A DNA stretch of 64,000 bases from Octopus sinensis (GCF_006345805.1 NC_043007.1:7502001-7566000), one strand, 5' to 3'; numbered from the stretch's first letter, positions 1 through 12,759 are shown. Notes: a model not told the origin generated them from the sequence alone. Program-made: numbers and translations.

Positions 1-742
1 AATTGAAATCTGATCGTAGCTGACTGACGGAACCACCAGTGTGTTTCTGGGGTTTCCAGCTCTGAAATTTGAGTTCCTGAACTAATCGGAACATAGGAGA
101 ACAACGTGATGCCAACCAAGTGCTGGGCTGAGTTATTTGACTCTTTCTTCCCAACCCACAACTCTGTGGCCTTCTGCCTATTTTCGTTCGTTGAATCTAA
201 TTCGTCAATTGAAAATACAGTCGAGTTGGGGGAACCGGCGGAGCTAGAGCAAAAAATAGGACAAAAAGAGGAAAATTGTAATACTACTCGTGTTTTAATG
301 TCGAGATGTCACAGACGATACCGTTGGCTTAGTTTGGATATGATGAGGCGAAGAATTATCTTAACGTTTCGTACAGGGCCTTTATATCAGAGGGATTGTA
401 GGACTGTTATTGTGAATAGTGCAGAACCCTTGTTTCACTGCTTTCGGGTTCTTTCCCCCACCCCATCCCCGACGTGGACTCAGTTATTTGATCAGAAATA
501 TTTGACATGCTTTGTATCACATCACAAAACTAGTTAAACGTTTTTTTTTAAAAATACTTAGGTATGGCAGTGTAGTTGAGAAGCATGTTCTTCAACCATG
601 TGGTTCTGGGTTCAGTCCTGTTGTGTGGCACCATATGCAATGGGCAAGTGCCTTCTTTTATAGCCCTGAGTCAAGGAAAGTCTTGTGAGAGGATTTAGTA
701 GACAGAAACTAAAAGAATCTCACTGTATATATATATTAATAT

Positions 743-870
743 ACCTTGATTGTATGAAGTTTACCTTGTGGTTAGGAGGTCCTGTGTAAACTCGTTAGGG
801 TTTTGATCGAAACCCCTACGAGTGTACACCTTATATCCTAACAACAATGTAAACTTCATATAATCAAGGT
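743..870. repeat. 128-nt imperfect foldback hairpin (small MITE or pre-miRNA-like)
   Basis: accttgattgtatgaagtttac pairs with gtaaacttcatataatcaaggt; inner arms pair up to a roughly 4-nt loop. Confidence 0.8.
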
Positions 871-1733
871 GTGTGTGATCATTTAATGTCCATATTCCAT
901 GGCATGGGTTGGACCAGAGCTGATAAGCTAAGGGCCACACCTGGGGTCGATTTCTTCAACTAAATCCCTTAAGGCATTGCCCCAGCAGGGCCACCGTCCA
1001 ATGAATGAAACAAGTAAAAAAACAAAGAATTTTAAATTCAACTTTTTTTCCTTTATATTTGTTTGTGTGTAAATATCTACAAAATGATGTTGTAGTTTTT
1101 TTTAAAGCTTTCAAATAGTTTGATACAAATCACAATCATTTTCAATTTGCTGTTTGAAAACTGTTGAAATTGGTCAGACATGGATGTTTACCTTCAATGG
1201 TTTCATATGTTGGACTCTGGTCATTCTGGGCACCATCACGCCCAGGATGAAGAGTTTGAATTGATTGTAGCAACCCCGGTCTTATTTCTATCTCAAACTT
1301 GTGTTATTTCTCTCTAATTATCAGACTATTATATACATACATGCATACACACACAAAAATATATAAAAGCACCATTCAAGCGTGGCCGGTGCCAGTGCCG
1401 GCTGACTGGCCCTCATGCCGGTGGCACATAAAAAGCACCTACTACACTTTCAGAGTGGTTGGCATTAGGAAGGGCATCCAGCTGTAGAAACATTGCCTTC
1501 TGGCTCTCCAGCCAGTCAAACCGTCCAACCCATGCCACCATGGAAAGAGGACGTTAAACAACGAAAATGATGATAATGATATCTATATATATGTGTGAGT
1601 GTGTGTGTGTGCTGTAGAAACTTTGCCAGATCAGGTTGAGCCTGGTGCAGCCTTCTGGCTCACTAGTCCTCAGTCAAACCGTCCAACACATGCCAGCATG
1701 GGAAGCGGACGTTAAGTGATGATGATGATGATG

Positions 1734-1768
<35 letters not shown>

Positions 1769-1967
1769 TACATTCATGCACACACACATACATGTACATA
1801 GAGAATAGCATAAAGATTAGTTTGATTATAGATTCCATTGAGACCCTCCCTCCCTGTCTTTCTCTCTATCTGTCTCTCCCTCCCTCTCTATCTCTCTCCT
1901 CCTTTCTCTGTTGTTCTCTATCTCCAGATCAGCTCTAATGTATAATAATAATAATAATAATAATAAT

Positions 1968-2335
1968 TGTGTACAGTGCTCAGGTGCACTACAACTCATC
2001 TAAAGTGTATATATAATCAGGTGTAGTTTCGGCGGATTTCGGAAAGCATGAGGGCCTTAAAAGATGCAGTGTCATGGCAGTCAACAACTGACGCAGGCAG
2101 TTTATTCCATGCTTCAGCAACTCTGAGCGTGAAAAAATGTTTCCGAAAGTCATGGGAGCTGTATTGTTTTCTGACTTTGTAGGCATGTCCACGTGTGTTA
2201 GACACATGGAGATCAAAAAGGTGTTCAGTGTTGTTGTTGGTGAGGTGGTTGTGTAGTAGACATATAAACAAAAAAGGACATTCCGATTGTGACCATCCTG
2301 GCTATTTTTTAATCTCAAACTTAGTAGACCTAGGA
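1968..2335 (-). mobile_element. CR1-clade LINE 3' fragment
   Basis: NTRGHAYKVRKQYSSHDFRKHFFTLRVAEAWNKLP; followed by an (ATT)n tail. Confidence 0.8.
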
Positions 2336-3399
2336 CAGTGCTTTTTAAGCTTCTTTTTGTTTTTTAGGTGTCACCTCTGCCCTTTCCCTTGCAAACACAA
2401 TTTCAACACTTCCTTGTTTTGTTACACTTCAACAAAATAAAATACACAACAAACAAACATTGTCATCATTAAAATATTTTGATCAATTTTGTGTAGAATG
2501 TGAAAACGTTTTGGTCCCTAATATTACCAGAAGGTTATTCAGATACAGAATAAAAATTGAAAATGTTTTTGAAAATTAGGGCAATTAAAAGCTGCACCTG
2601 TTATCCCTCCCACCAACCCCTTTTTTCCCAGTACCTATATAAAATTTTCCACCCACCCGTCCCCAGCAGTGATCTACAGCAACATTACCCTATCTATCTT
2701 CTTTCTTTTCTTTTTAACCCTTTAGCATTTGAAGTGCCCATATCTGACCAAAATATTCTATCCGCTTTATGTCCAAATTTATGACCAGATCCAGCATCTC
2801 ACACTTACCCTGCAATGTCATTATTAAAATTATTGAAATCACGAAACTTCAAGATAAATCATGATTGATTCCTGACTATGAATAAATAAGAATTGCATTT
2901 GACAGAGCAATGTGTACGCCAAAGGGTTACAGACCCCAGACTGTGGCATCAGGGAAATTTGGTTGCTATTTCTAGCAGGGTTGTCAGATTTGTTAAAAGC
3001 CAGACAAAATGCTTGTGGACTTCACTTATGGTCCTTTCATTTCTGAGTTCAAATCTTGCTTTTCATCATTCCATAGTTAATAAAATAAAGTATCTGTGGC
3101 GTGTGCTGATGTTAGAAGTCTATCTTTTGTATGAGTTTATCGGCATCTGCCTGGGTCCATGGCATATATTCCAGTAGGGCTTACAGTGTATAAGTCTAGT
3201 CCTTTCCTGTGTTGCAATGTTGTATATATGGGGGTTTTCCCAACTGCCTGCTAAAGGCTGGAAAATTGCATGGGACATAAACCAAGATTATTCTACACAC
3301 TTATATACCTAAATACTCACATACATACATACAGGCATGCACACACATACATACATACATGCATACATACATACATACATACATACATACATACATACA

Positions 3400-3832
3400 T
3401 GATGGCTGCCCCCTCGTTATCGAGTATGGCCATTGCACGAAGCTTAACTGTTACTGGTGCTGTGATCGAATGTGACTTTTTAGCCCAGCTAAAGATCTAC
3501 AATGTCTACAGAATTGGCAGGTAAAACCTTCACCGGTAATAGCCGGCTGTAGTTGTAACTGGGCTTCATGTACCTTTGCATGTCGTTTAAGTCCTCCTGC
3601 CGAATTACACTCTCTTCCACATGCCCGACAGATATGATTAGTATGGTGTGTAACACCACCACCAAGTGGTCAGGTTGTCACTCATCTGTCTCGCTTTATG
3701 ACTACGAAGATGACTCTTGAGTCCAGCTTTACTGAGGCAGGGTCTTGCTCAGACACTGCATGTCAGCATCATAGGAAAACCCTTCCCATCTGGAAGTGTA
3801 ACGATGCCCTTCCTAACATCCCTCCTTACTTT
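3400..3832 (-). mobile_element. RTE-like LINE 3' end with three C2H2 zinc fingers (pseudogenised)
   Basis: CSV*ARPCLSKAGLKSHLRSH, CRACGRECNSAGGLKRHAKVH and CQFCRHCRSLAGLKSHIRSQH*; short 3' UTR then (GTAT)n. Confidence 0.6.
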
Positions 3833-4074
3833 CTCATACATACATACATATATATATATATCATGAACTAACTGTTTCTTTCTCAGATGCAGCATGGAAT
3901 TTTGCCAGTGAACATGTTGCAGTCTCAAAGCGACGAAAATATTTTGACAAATTAAATTTAAATGTTGAAGTGAATCTAACGGCTTTTGTGTGTTTCTTAA
4001 ATGACTTATAAACAACTGATGCATTTTTTGTTACAGTTTCTTTGACCATATTTTTTTTTGTTTTTTATTTTCAG

Positions 4075-4175
4075 GTATTCAGACAACACACGACGCACCT
4101 GGAAATAGTTTTATTGAAGGTGAAAATGATAATTTAGAAAGTTCGCTCAAGGGTAAAGTAAAGGCCTTGAAATCG
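4075..4175 (+). CDS. BET1: BET1 internal exon (phase 1 to 0)
   Basis: ttttattttcag|GT ATT CAG...AAA TCG|gtaaat; 101 nt. Confidence 0.9.
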
Positions 4176-7100
4176 GTAAATAAACAGTTTCAGATCCCTT
4201 TTATTTATTTTTACAAATGTTATGACATGTAGGTCAGCTTTCATGAAACAGACATATAGTCAAAGCCTTCTAGCCATGACCATCCTAAAATTTTCTTGTG
4301 GAAGATACTCATTGTTTCTAATTCAAAATCGAACCACATCCGACAACTGGCACCCATGCCAACCTCCCTTCACTGGACACTAAACTCTGCTTGCGAAGAC
4401 CTGCTGGGGCAAGTGAAATCGAAATAACCAAATCCTATGATTGGCACCCGGTCGTTGCCAGTGCCGCTGGACTGACTCCTGTGCAGGTGGCAAGTAAAGA
4501 AACACTGTTTCGACCCTGTGCTTGAGGAGACCTATTGAGTCAAGTACATCAACATCAAAAATCAATGGAAATTGTAGTTGTGATCCCTGAGCCGGTGGCA
4601 TGTAAAAAGCACCATCTGAATGTGGCTGATGCCAGTGCCACCTTGACTGGCTTCCGTGCTGGTGGCACGTAATAAGCACCAACCGATCATGACTGTTGCC
4701 AGGCTCACCTGGCACCTGTGCCGATAGCACGTAAAAAGTACCCACTACACTCACGGTGTTGTTGGCATTAGAAAGGGCATCCAGCTGTAGAAAATCTACC
4801 AGATCAGACTGGAGCCTGGTGCAGCCTCTTGGCTCATCAGTCTTCAGTCAAACCATCCAACCCATACCAGCATGGAAAACGGACATTAAACGATGATGAT
4901 GATGATGATGAATTCAAGTGACCACATAGAGGCAGCCTCTACTAATCAACATTCACCTTGCATCTGCTCATGCCTGAGCCAGACTGGGCCATTTCTCTGT
5001 GGTTGTCATGAAGCCAGTCACCTTTGACCTGTAGATGTGACTGGCTTTTCTCAGCCTTTTTAACTTTTAACATATGAAATAAGTATCTTTCTCCCTTAAC
5101 TTAGTTAGGTTGATACAAGCCTTGTGAATAAAATCAAGTTGACCGAAGCAGCACGGGTCTTGGACAAATATATTGTATGTGGAATTTAAAAGTCCAGTCA
5201 TGTTAATTCTGCCTGAGAATTGTGTCCAACCCATGCCAGCATGGACAATGAATGTTATAAGATAATGATGATGTATTGGTGTCTGAGGAATATTCTGCCA
5301 TCTACCTGCTAACTCAATGAGCAGGTAATTCAGTTGATCAAACTCATCAGTGGGACAAACAGACAGCCTTTGTTGCAATACCCTCACCTCCTCAAAGCTC
5401 CCTCATCTGCCTCCACCAGATTCTAGACACAACCAATGCTTATCATCTCCGTTTTGTCTCACCTGACGTCTGCCTTGTCTCTAAGCTCCACATAACCACC
5501 ATACCCAATCCTTCCTGTTGTAGAGTGCCAACCTTCTGGAATTTCTTTCCTGTCCATCTTTTATTCCTGCAGTCTTTGACTTGCAGGTCAACTGCGTTCT
5601 TCATTACAGGTCTTAAAATATAAAGGATTCCTTTCTAGCTTTGGAATTTCTCTTTTTCCGTCTTTTATAAAAGACAGCATCTAAGAGGAATAACTCTGCC
5701 TTGACTGGTCTTATCACTCAGCGTTTCTTATTTGAGCACAAAATCTCATGAAACAGAAATCAAGAAGCCTCTGATTTCATAGGATTTTTATTAGACTCAA
5801 CCCCGCAGAGAGGATGGTCATTGAAAACTGAATCTTTAGTACTATTCAGGGACTAGCAGGTTCAGTCCCATCATGTGGCACCTTGAGCAAATGCCTTCCA
5901 TTCTAGCCTTGGGCCAACCAAAGCATTGTGAGTAGATTTGGGAGACAGAAACTAAAAGAAGCTCATTATGTGTGTGTGTCTGTCTGTGCTGCATGTGAGT
6001 ATATCCGCGTTAGTCCCTACTTGTCCTGACATTGTTATAATAGTTTTAAACGAGTGGTGACCTTCAGTTCCAGTCTTCCATGAAAACATGTCAACCCACA
6101 GGAAAATATTGTTCGTAACTTAGAAACAGTTGAGAGTTGATGACAGAAAGGGCATCCAGCTGTGAAAAAAAATCTGTCTCAACAAATTCTGTCCTACCTT
6201 TGTGTGTACAGGAAAGTGTGTATCATAAAAAGAAACCAAACCAGAACTGGAGAGGTTACCTGGTCGATTGCCGTGACTAACGAGTATTCTTTACTTGGTC
6301 TTAGTACTTTAACATTAAACATGAATATGAAGGTAGCAAGCTGGCAGAATCGTTAGCACGCCAGGCGAAATACTTAGTAGTATTTCGTCTGTCTTTACAT
6401 TCTGAGTTCAAATTCCACCAAGGTCAACTTTGCTTTTCATCCTATTGGAGTCGATAAATTAAGTACCAGTTGCATAAAGGGGTCAATCTAATCGACAGCC
6501 CTGCCCCACCCCAAATTTCAGGCCTTGTGCCTAAAGTAGAAAAGAATAAATATGAATGTGAGTTAATAACCATTTATTCAAGTTAGTAATTTCTTGTTGT
6601 AACCAATTCCATCAAGGAAGGCAGACATTAAACCATGATGATGTTATTCTTCTATATTTGCAGCTCAGCATTGATATAGGCACAGAAATACGGACACAGA
6701 ACACATTTCTGGATGAAATGGTAAGCGGTTTCTTCGGAGGTTTTCTTCCTCACCCCCAGTAAAATTGAGCAAGTTTCTATTAAATCTTTATGTCCATTGT
6801 GTCAAAAAATTGAATGTTCTCCCATATTCAGGCTGAAAAAAGAGGATGCTGTTGGCTGTCATCCTCTTCATCATAGTTGTGCTTCATCAAGTTTGACTTG
6901 GAGTTCAACAAACAACACTAGAAATGTGAAATGAACAATGCTGAGCTGAACCAATTTCTTCCAGAGTCAGACTGTGCAGTCTTACCTGCCTGACACTCGG
7001 TGCCAGTCTAGTAAACTATAGTGTTCCACAAAACAAAAGTGGTAATAATTCCAATAAATAGTTCAGTTTTTAACAATTCAGTGTTTCTTTACGCACGTTT

Positions 7101-8437
7101 AGTGGAGTCCACTCTGTTGTCCACTCATTCAGGACCATCCTCTAATCTAAAAATCACTTCCTCCTACTTGTCTCAGGAGCCTTGCAATGGGTCACAGGAT
7201 TTATCTGTGCACCCCCAAAATAAATAAAATGTCAACAGAATTTATTACTATCAATAGATTTAGATGGCAAGCTGGCAGAGTCGTTAGCATGATGCTAAAT
7301 GACATTTCTTCTAGCTCTTTATGCTCTGAGTTCAAATCTTGCTGAAGTTCAGTTTGTATTTCATCCTCTCTGGGTTGGTAAAATAACACACCATTCACGC
7401 ACTGGGTTTGTTATAGTCAACCAACCCTCTTTCGCTTAAATTGCTGAACTTGTGCCAAAATTTGATACAATTATTTTTAACAGATTGGCAGAACATTGGG
7501 GAAAACTGCCTTGTGGTGCTCTGGCTTTTTTGCATTGTAAGTTCAAATCTCACCCAGATCAACTTTGTTTCTCATCTTTCTAGCTTCAGTTAAAGAAAGT
7601 ACCAGTAGCCAAAAATGTGAAGCCATGTCCCTGTATTATTTTTTTTAAGGCAACAAGCTAACAAACTCATTTGCACATCAAAGAAAATGCTTGGCAGCAT
7701 TTATCAAGCACCTCACAGGTGCAAAGTGGCTGAGTTCCTTTTGAGTGTTGGCCCTCACAGAGGCAAAATGCCAACCATTCCAAGAGTGTAATGGATGCTT
7801 TTATGTGCCACTGGCACAGGTGCCATTTGCAATTAGTCAATAACATTTGTACCAATCAACTGTGCCCCCTTCTCTACCTGTGTTTTGTAACCTTGTTCAA
7901 GCATTTGAAATCAACCACATGTTTGGAGTAAAGATTATTTGCCAACATAACATGGCAGTTGTGGTTTAAGACGAATGCTGCTGTAATTTAACCCCAGGAG
8001 ACATTGTCTCCAGCTGGCTATATGACATGATCTGTGTCCTTATATTTTCAAACAAGGGAATCTAGCATCCCCACTCAGCTCAAAACAATATCTGTGTATC
8101 GTGATTTCCAGGTTATTTCCCTTCATCAGCACAGAATGATTGTTCAGCCATGTCATGTTGGCAAATAATCTTTACTCCAAAGTACTGTTGCTGAATGTCT
8201 CTCGTTGTGAGATTTATAAATAATAAATTTCTAAGCACATGTTTCTTTCAGTATTTTACTCCAGTTTTTCTTTTCCTCTAGGATTCAGATTTTGAAGGAT
8301 CAACGGGTCTTCTCCAGAAAACTATGCATCGTTTAAAAGGAATTACCAAAGAAGGACACTGGAAAATATGGCTTTACCTCTTCCTCTTCACATTATTTGT
8401 TTTTGGAGTTTGTTGGTTGGTTGTACGCACCAGGTGA
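4075..8437 (+). CDS. BET1: BET1 homolog (Golgi Qc-SNARE), spliced; join(4075..4175,6664..6720,8282..8437); first coding exon not located
   Basis: The joined exons read (G)IQTTHDAPGNSFIEGENDNLESSLKGKVKALKS|LSIDIGTEIRTQNTFLDEM|DSDFEGSTGLLQKTMHRLKGITKEGHWKIWLYLFLFTLFVFGVCWLVVRTR*. This is a SNARE coiled coil plus a C-terminal TM helix, matching BET1 (SLSIEIGHEVKTQN..L.EMD..FD.T.G.L..TM..L) with the same exon junctions. All splice sites are AG/GT and phases are compatible. Confidence 0.93.
4345..4910 (+). mobile_element. (GAT)n-tailed repeat family D with internal tandem subunits (copies at about 1370-1580, 1610-1737, 9893-10195 -, 13850-14112, 14361-14712, 16975-17263)
   Basis: Shared 3' end ggttggcattaggaagggcatccagctgtag...ccaacccatgccagcatggaaa..gacgttaaacgatgatgatg. 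Confidence 0.85.
5380..5620 (+). mobile_element. Degenerate Jockey/CR1-type LINE 3' remnant
   Basis: Residual FWNFFP..L motif of the RT C-terminal region. Confidence 0.35.
6664..6720 (+). CDS. BET1: BET1 internal exon (phase 0 to 0), LSIDIGTEIRTQNTFLDEM
   Basis: tatttgcag|CTC...GAA ATG|gtaagc; 57 nt. Confidence 0.93.
8282..8437 (+). CDS. BET1: BET1 last coding exon with TM anchor and stop
   Basis: ttttcctctag|GAT TCA...ACC AGG TGA; hydrophobic IWLYLFLFTLFVFGVCWLVV. Confidence 0.93.
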   Translation, partial: DSDFEGSTGLLQKTMHRLKGITKEGHWKIWLYLFLFTLFVFGVCWLVVRTR

Positions 8438-8691
8438 CAAGCTTCCTCTGTAAATCGTCCTTCACTGAAATTTGCTCTCCTGATTCTCTCTCTTTCTCTC
8501 CTCCTATTTCTTCCACTATCTTCCTTGTTTTGCTATCACCCTCTCTCTCTCTTTCTCTTTTGTTTATCTCCCTCTTTGTCTTTCACCAGATCCCCCCCCA
8601 CTCCATTTTATCGTTAAGTGATGATTAACCCTTTGCAAAGTGAAAATACACAACATTTCAAATACCTGGAAAACTATTTACTATAAGTACG

Positions 8692-8724
<33 letters not shown>

Positions 8725-8819
8725 GTGCACCACTTGTCAATGAGCATGCACACATGCATACTCCCTGACATCTACACTCAATATAGTTAACATTCAACAA
8801 AAAAAACATCCTCTACCTG

Positions 8820-9046
8820 ACTCGATAATTCCTCTCGGGGCCCATTCTGCACCTCTGGAACTGTCTCCTGTCTTTCCCTCTGGAAACCGTTCCAGAGTTG
8901 TACAATGAAGTCAACAGGTATCAATTAAGGTCATGAAGAAAGCTAAATAATTAGTCAAAGCAGATTGAATTAAATGAATTTAAATAATAAAATAGTCTTA
9001 CTTTGACTAATTGCTTGCTTTCCTCACTACTTTAACCAATATATAA
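8820..9046 (+). mobile_element. Penelope-like 3' end fragment, copy 1
   Basis: TMKSTGIN*GHEE resembles the GIY-YIG C-terminus; the following ~130 bp is shared with about 12883-13016. Confidence 0.45.
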
Positions 9047-9518
9047 CAGTCTCTCCTTACTTCTGGAATCATACTGACTCTATATTCTTTGCTCCGAACA
9101 TCAATAATCCATTCTATCATAACTAAGTCCACTTGAAGCATATATTTCACTCCCCCCCACATTCCACCCATGTACTAATCCTAGAATTCTTGCTTTTCTA
9201 TTAAGTTTCTTGGATTATCCCAAACATATTGTCTCAAATTATATATATACACACACATACACATGCACACACACATACATATGTACCTGGGATTACCTGT
9301 GGAAATTTTTTCCTCATCAGATGTGGAGAGTTAAGCTCTCCTGAAGAGAAAGGAGGCCTTGAAGAGACAGTTGACTCTTTTGTCTCGCCTCATCCCTCCC
9401 CCAACACTGCAAATAAAGAATTAAAAATCAAAATAGTAAAAACTTCTTGAAAGTCTTTTCACTTTCTTCATCTTTCACCAAAGCATATATTTATATAATG
9501 TATACATATCTGTAAATT

Positions 9519-9565
<47 letters not shown>

Positions 9566-9568
<3 letters not shown>

Positions 9569-9867
9569 ACCATGACCGACCAGGCTATCAGATGTTGCTA
9601 CACATTGTTGGTCACAATGCGCTTCACATTGTTTTAGCCTTAAAATGACGCTACTCCGCTGGCTAAGCGAGCAGACCAACAGAAGAAAGAGTGGGAGAAA
9701 GTTGTGGCGAAAGAGTACAGCAGGGATCGCCACCACCCTCTGCAGGAGCCTCGTGGAGCTTTAGGTGTTTACACTCAATAAACACTCACAAAGCCCGGTC
9801 TGGGAATCGAAACCGCGATCCTACAACTGCGAGTCCGCTGCCCTAACCACTGGGCCATTGCACCTCC
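9566..9867 (-). mobile_element. tRNA-derived SINE family A (other copies at about 13525-13850 +, 38040-38421 -, 50528-50685 +)
   Basis: Head GGAGGTGCAATGGCCCAGTGGTTAGG (A box) ... GGTTTCGATTCCC (B box); four homologous copies. Confidence 0.85.
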
Positions 9868-10059
9868 ACACACACACACACACATATATATATCATCATC
9901 ATCATCATCATCATTTAGCGTCCGTTTTCCATGCTAGCATGGGTTGGACGGTTCAACTGGGGTCTGGGGAGCCCGAAGGCTGCACCAGGCCAGTCAGATC
10001 TGGCAGTGTTTCTACAGCTGGATGCCCTTCCTAACGCCAACCACTCCGAGAGTGTAGTG

Positions 10060-12290
10060 GGTGATTTTATGCCACCGACACAGGTGCCAGACGAGGCTGG
10101 CGAATGGCCACGCTCGGATGTGTTTTTATGTGCCACCGACACAGGTGCCAGACGAGGCTGGCAGACGGCCACGCTCGGATGGTGTTTTTATGTGCCACCG
10201 ACACAGGTGCCAGATGAGGCTGGCGGACGGCCACGATCGGATGGTGTTTGTTACGTCCCAAAGCACGGAGGCCAGTCTATGCGGTACTGGCTACGGCCAC
10301 GTTCGGATGATTTTCTTGTGTGCCACCGGCACTGGTACCACAAAGATACAAATTCCATTGATGTTCATCTATTTTGATTTGTTTTGATTTGATTTTCACT
10401 TGCCTCAACAGTTTTCACAAGTGTCACAAAAGAAGGTATGCACAGGTGGACTGACTACGTCCCAGGTAGGGGCCACGGGTTATGGCCTGACTAGTCTTGC
10501 CGGGTCTTCGGATGGTGTTTTTATGTGCCACCGACACAGGTGCCAGATGAGGCTGGCGAACGGCCACGATCGGATGGTGTTTGTTGCGTGCCCACAGCAC
10601 GGAGGCCAGTCGATGCGGTACTGGCTACGGCCACGTTCGGATGGTTTTCTTGTGTGCCACCGGCACTGGTACCACATAGATACAAATTCCATTGATGTTC
10701 ATCTATTTTGATTTGATTTGATTTGATTTTCACTTGCCTCAACAGGTCTTCACAGGTCTTCACAAGTGTCACAAGAAGGAAGGAAGGTATGCACAGGTGG
10801 ACTGACTACGTCCCAAGTAGGGGCCACGGGTTATGGCCTGACTAGTCTTGCCGGGTCTTCGGTTGGTGTTTTTATGTGCCACCGACACAGGTGCCAGATG
10901 AGGCTGGCGGACGGCCACGATCGGATGGTGTTTGTTATGTGCCCACATCACAGAGGCCAGTCGATGCGGTACTGGCTACGGCCACGTTCGGATGGTTTTC
11001 TTGTGTGCCACCGGTACTGGTACCACAAAGATACAAATTCCATTGATGTTCATCTATTTTGATTTGGTTTGATTTGATTTGATTTGATTTTCACTTGCCT
11101 CAACAGGTCTACACAAGTTCACACACTTGCCTCAACAGGCTTCACAAGTGTCATAAGTAGGTGTCACACACTTGCCTCACAGGTCTTCACAAGTGTCATA
11201 AGTAGGAAGGTATGCACAGGTGGACTGACTACGTCGCCGGGTCTTCGGATGGTTTTTTATGTGCCACCGACACAGGTGCCAGATGAGGCTGGCGAACGGC
11301 CACGATCGGATGGTTTTCTTGTGTGCCACCGGTACTGGAACCACAAAGATACAAATTCCATTGATGTTCATCTATTTTGATTTGGTTTGATTTTCACTTG
11401 CCTCAACAGGTCTTCACAAGTGTCACACGTGTCACACACTTGCCTCAACAGGTCTCCACAAGTGTCACACACTTGCCTCTGCCTCAACAGGTCTTCACAA
11501 AGTGTCACACACTTGCCTCTGCCTCAACAGGTCTTCACAAGTGTCACACACTTGCCTCAACAGGTCTTCACAAGTGTCATAAGAGGGAAGGTATGCACAG
11601 GTGACTGGACTACGTCGCCGGGTCTTCGGATGGTGTCTTTATGTGCCACCGACACAGGTGCCAGATGAGGCTGGCGAACGGCCACGATCGGATGGAGTTT
11701 GTTGTGCCCACAGCACGGAGGCCAGTCGATGCGGTACTGGCTACGGTCACGTTTGGGTGGTTTTCTTGTGTGCCACCGGCACTGGTACCACAAAGAATAC
11801 AATTCCACTGATGTTCATCTATTTTGATTTGTTTTGATTTGATTTTCACTTGCCTCAACGGTCTTCACAAGTGTCACACGTGTCCACACTTGCCTCAACA
11901 GGTCTCCACAAGTGTCACACACTTGCCTCTGCCTCACAGGTCTTCACAAGTGTCACACACTTGCCTCTGCCTCAACAGGTCTTCACAAGTGTCACACACT
12001 TGCCTCAACAGGTCTTCACAAGTGTCATAAGAGGAAGGTATGCACAGGTGGACTGACTACGTCGCCGGGTCTTCGGATGGTGTCTTTATGTGCCACCGAC
12101 ACAGGTGCCAGATGAGGCTGGCGAACGGCCACGATCGGATGGAGTTTGTTGTGCCCACAGCACGGAGGCCAGTCGATGCGGTACTGGCTACGGCCACGTT
12201 CGGATGGTTTTCTTGTGTGCCACCGGTACTGGAACCACAAAGATACAAATTCCATTGATGTTCATCTATTTTGATTTGGTTTGATTGATT
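10060..12290 (-). repeat. Higher-order tandem array derived from the 5'/internal part of family D: five units of about 315-450 bp plus a partial unit, with nested 20-60 bp subrepeats
   Basis: The unit end agatacaaattccattgatgttcatctattttgattt recurs at about 10345, 10680, 11030, 11348, 11797 and 12241. Confidence 0.9.
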
Positions 12291-12340
12291 TATATATATA
12301 TATTTTGATTTGGTTTGATTGATATATATATATATATATA

Positions 12341-12590
12341 TATAAATTAGAAAAAAACACCTTTTGTCAATTCAAAATGAACAATTAAATTACACCATCT
12401 AGAAAATTACATATAATAGAAATATTAAAAATACCAATTATATACGTTTTTATTATTATTTTGCAATTTACTTAATCATCGATATATTATTGTTATTTTA
12501 ATTTTAATATTTCTATTATATGTAATTTTCTAGATGGTGTAATTTAATTGTTCATTTTGAATTGATAAAATGTAGTTTTTTTCTAATTTT
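12341..12590. mobile_element. AT-rich MITE-like foldback with about 90-bp inverted arms inside (TA)n
   Basis: caattcaaaatgaacaattaaattacaccatctagaaaattacatataatagaaatattaaaa is mirrored at about 12501-12565. Confidence 0.7.
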
Positions 12591-12759
12591 ATATATATAT
12601 ATATATATTATATTGTGTGAAATCTGATTTAGTATTTCTAAATTGAATTTTTTCCCTGTAAGTTAGGGCTAATATTCCCTCAAATAATAATTATTATATA
12701 TGTATACATACATATACATGAGATATGAGGATTTCCCGTCAAGGTAACCTAAACTTACA

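Noticed and set aside
106-537. 143-aa ORF containing MMRRRII as a possible BET1 first exon
   Set aside because: No phase-1 GT donor follows the MRR-like start, and there is no similarity beyond it. Exon 1 is probably upstream of the window.
4151-4153. Alternative BET1 donor AAGG|gtaaag
   Set aside because: It would delete KVKALKS from the SNARE helix and break phase with the next exon. The donor at 4176 fits BET1.
9790-9867. tRNA-like sequences at SINE heads
   Set aside because: They have A and B boxes but no complete cloverleaf, and they continue into SINE bodies in multiple copies.
10372-12270. Repeat-spacer appearance resembling a CRISPR array
   Set aside because: Eukaryotic context, the intervening sequences are themselves repeated, and the units are homologous to dispersed family D. 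No cas genes.
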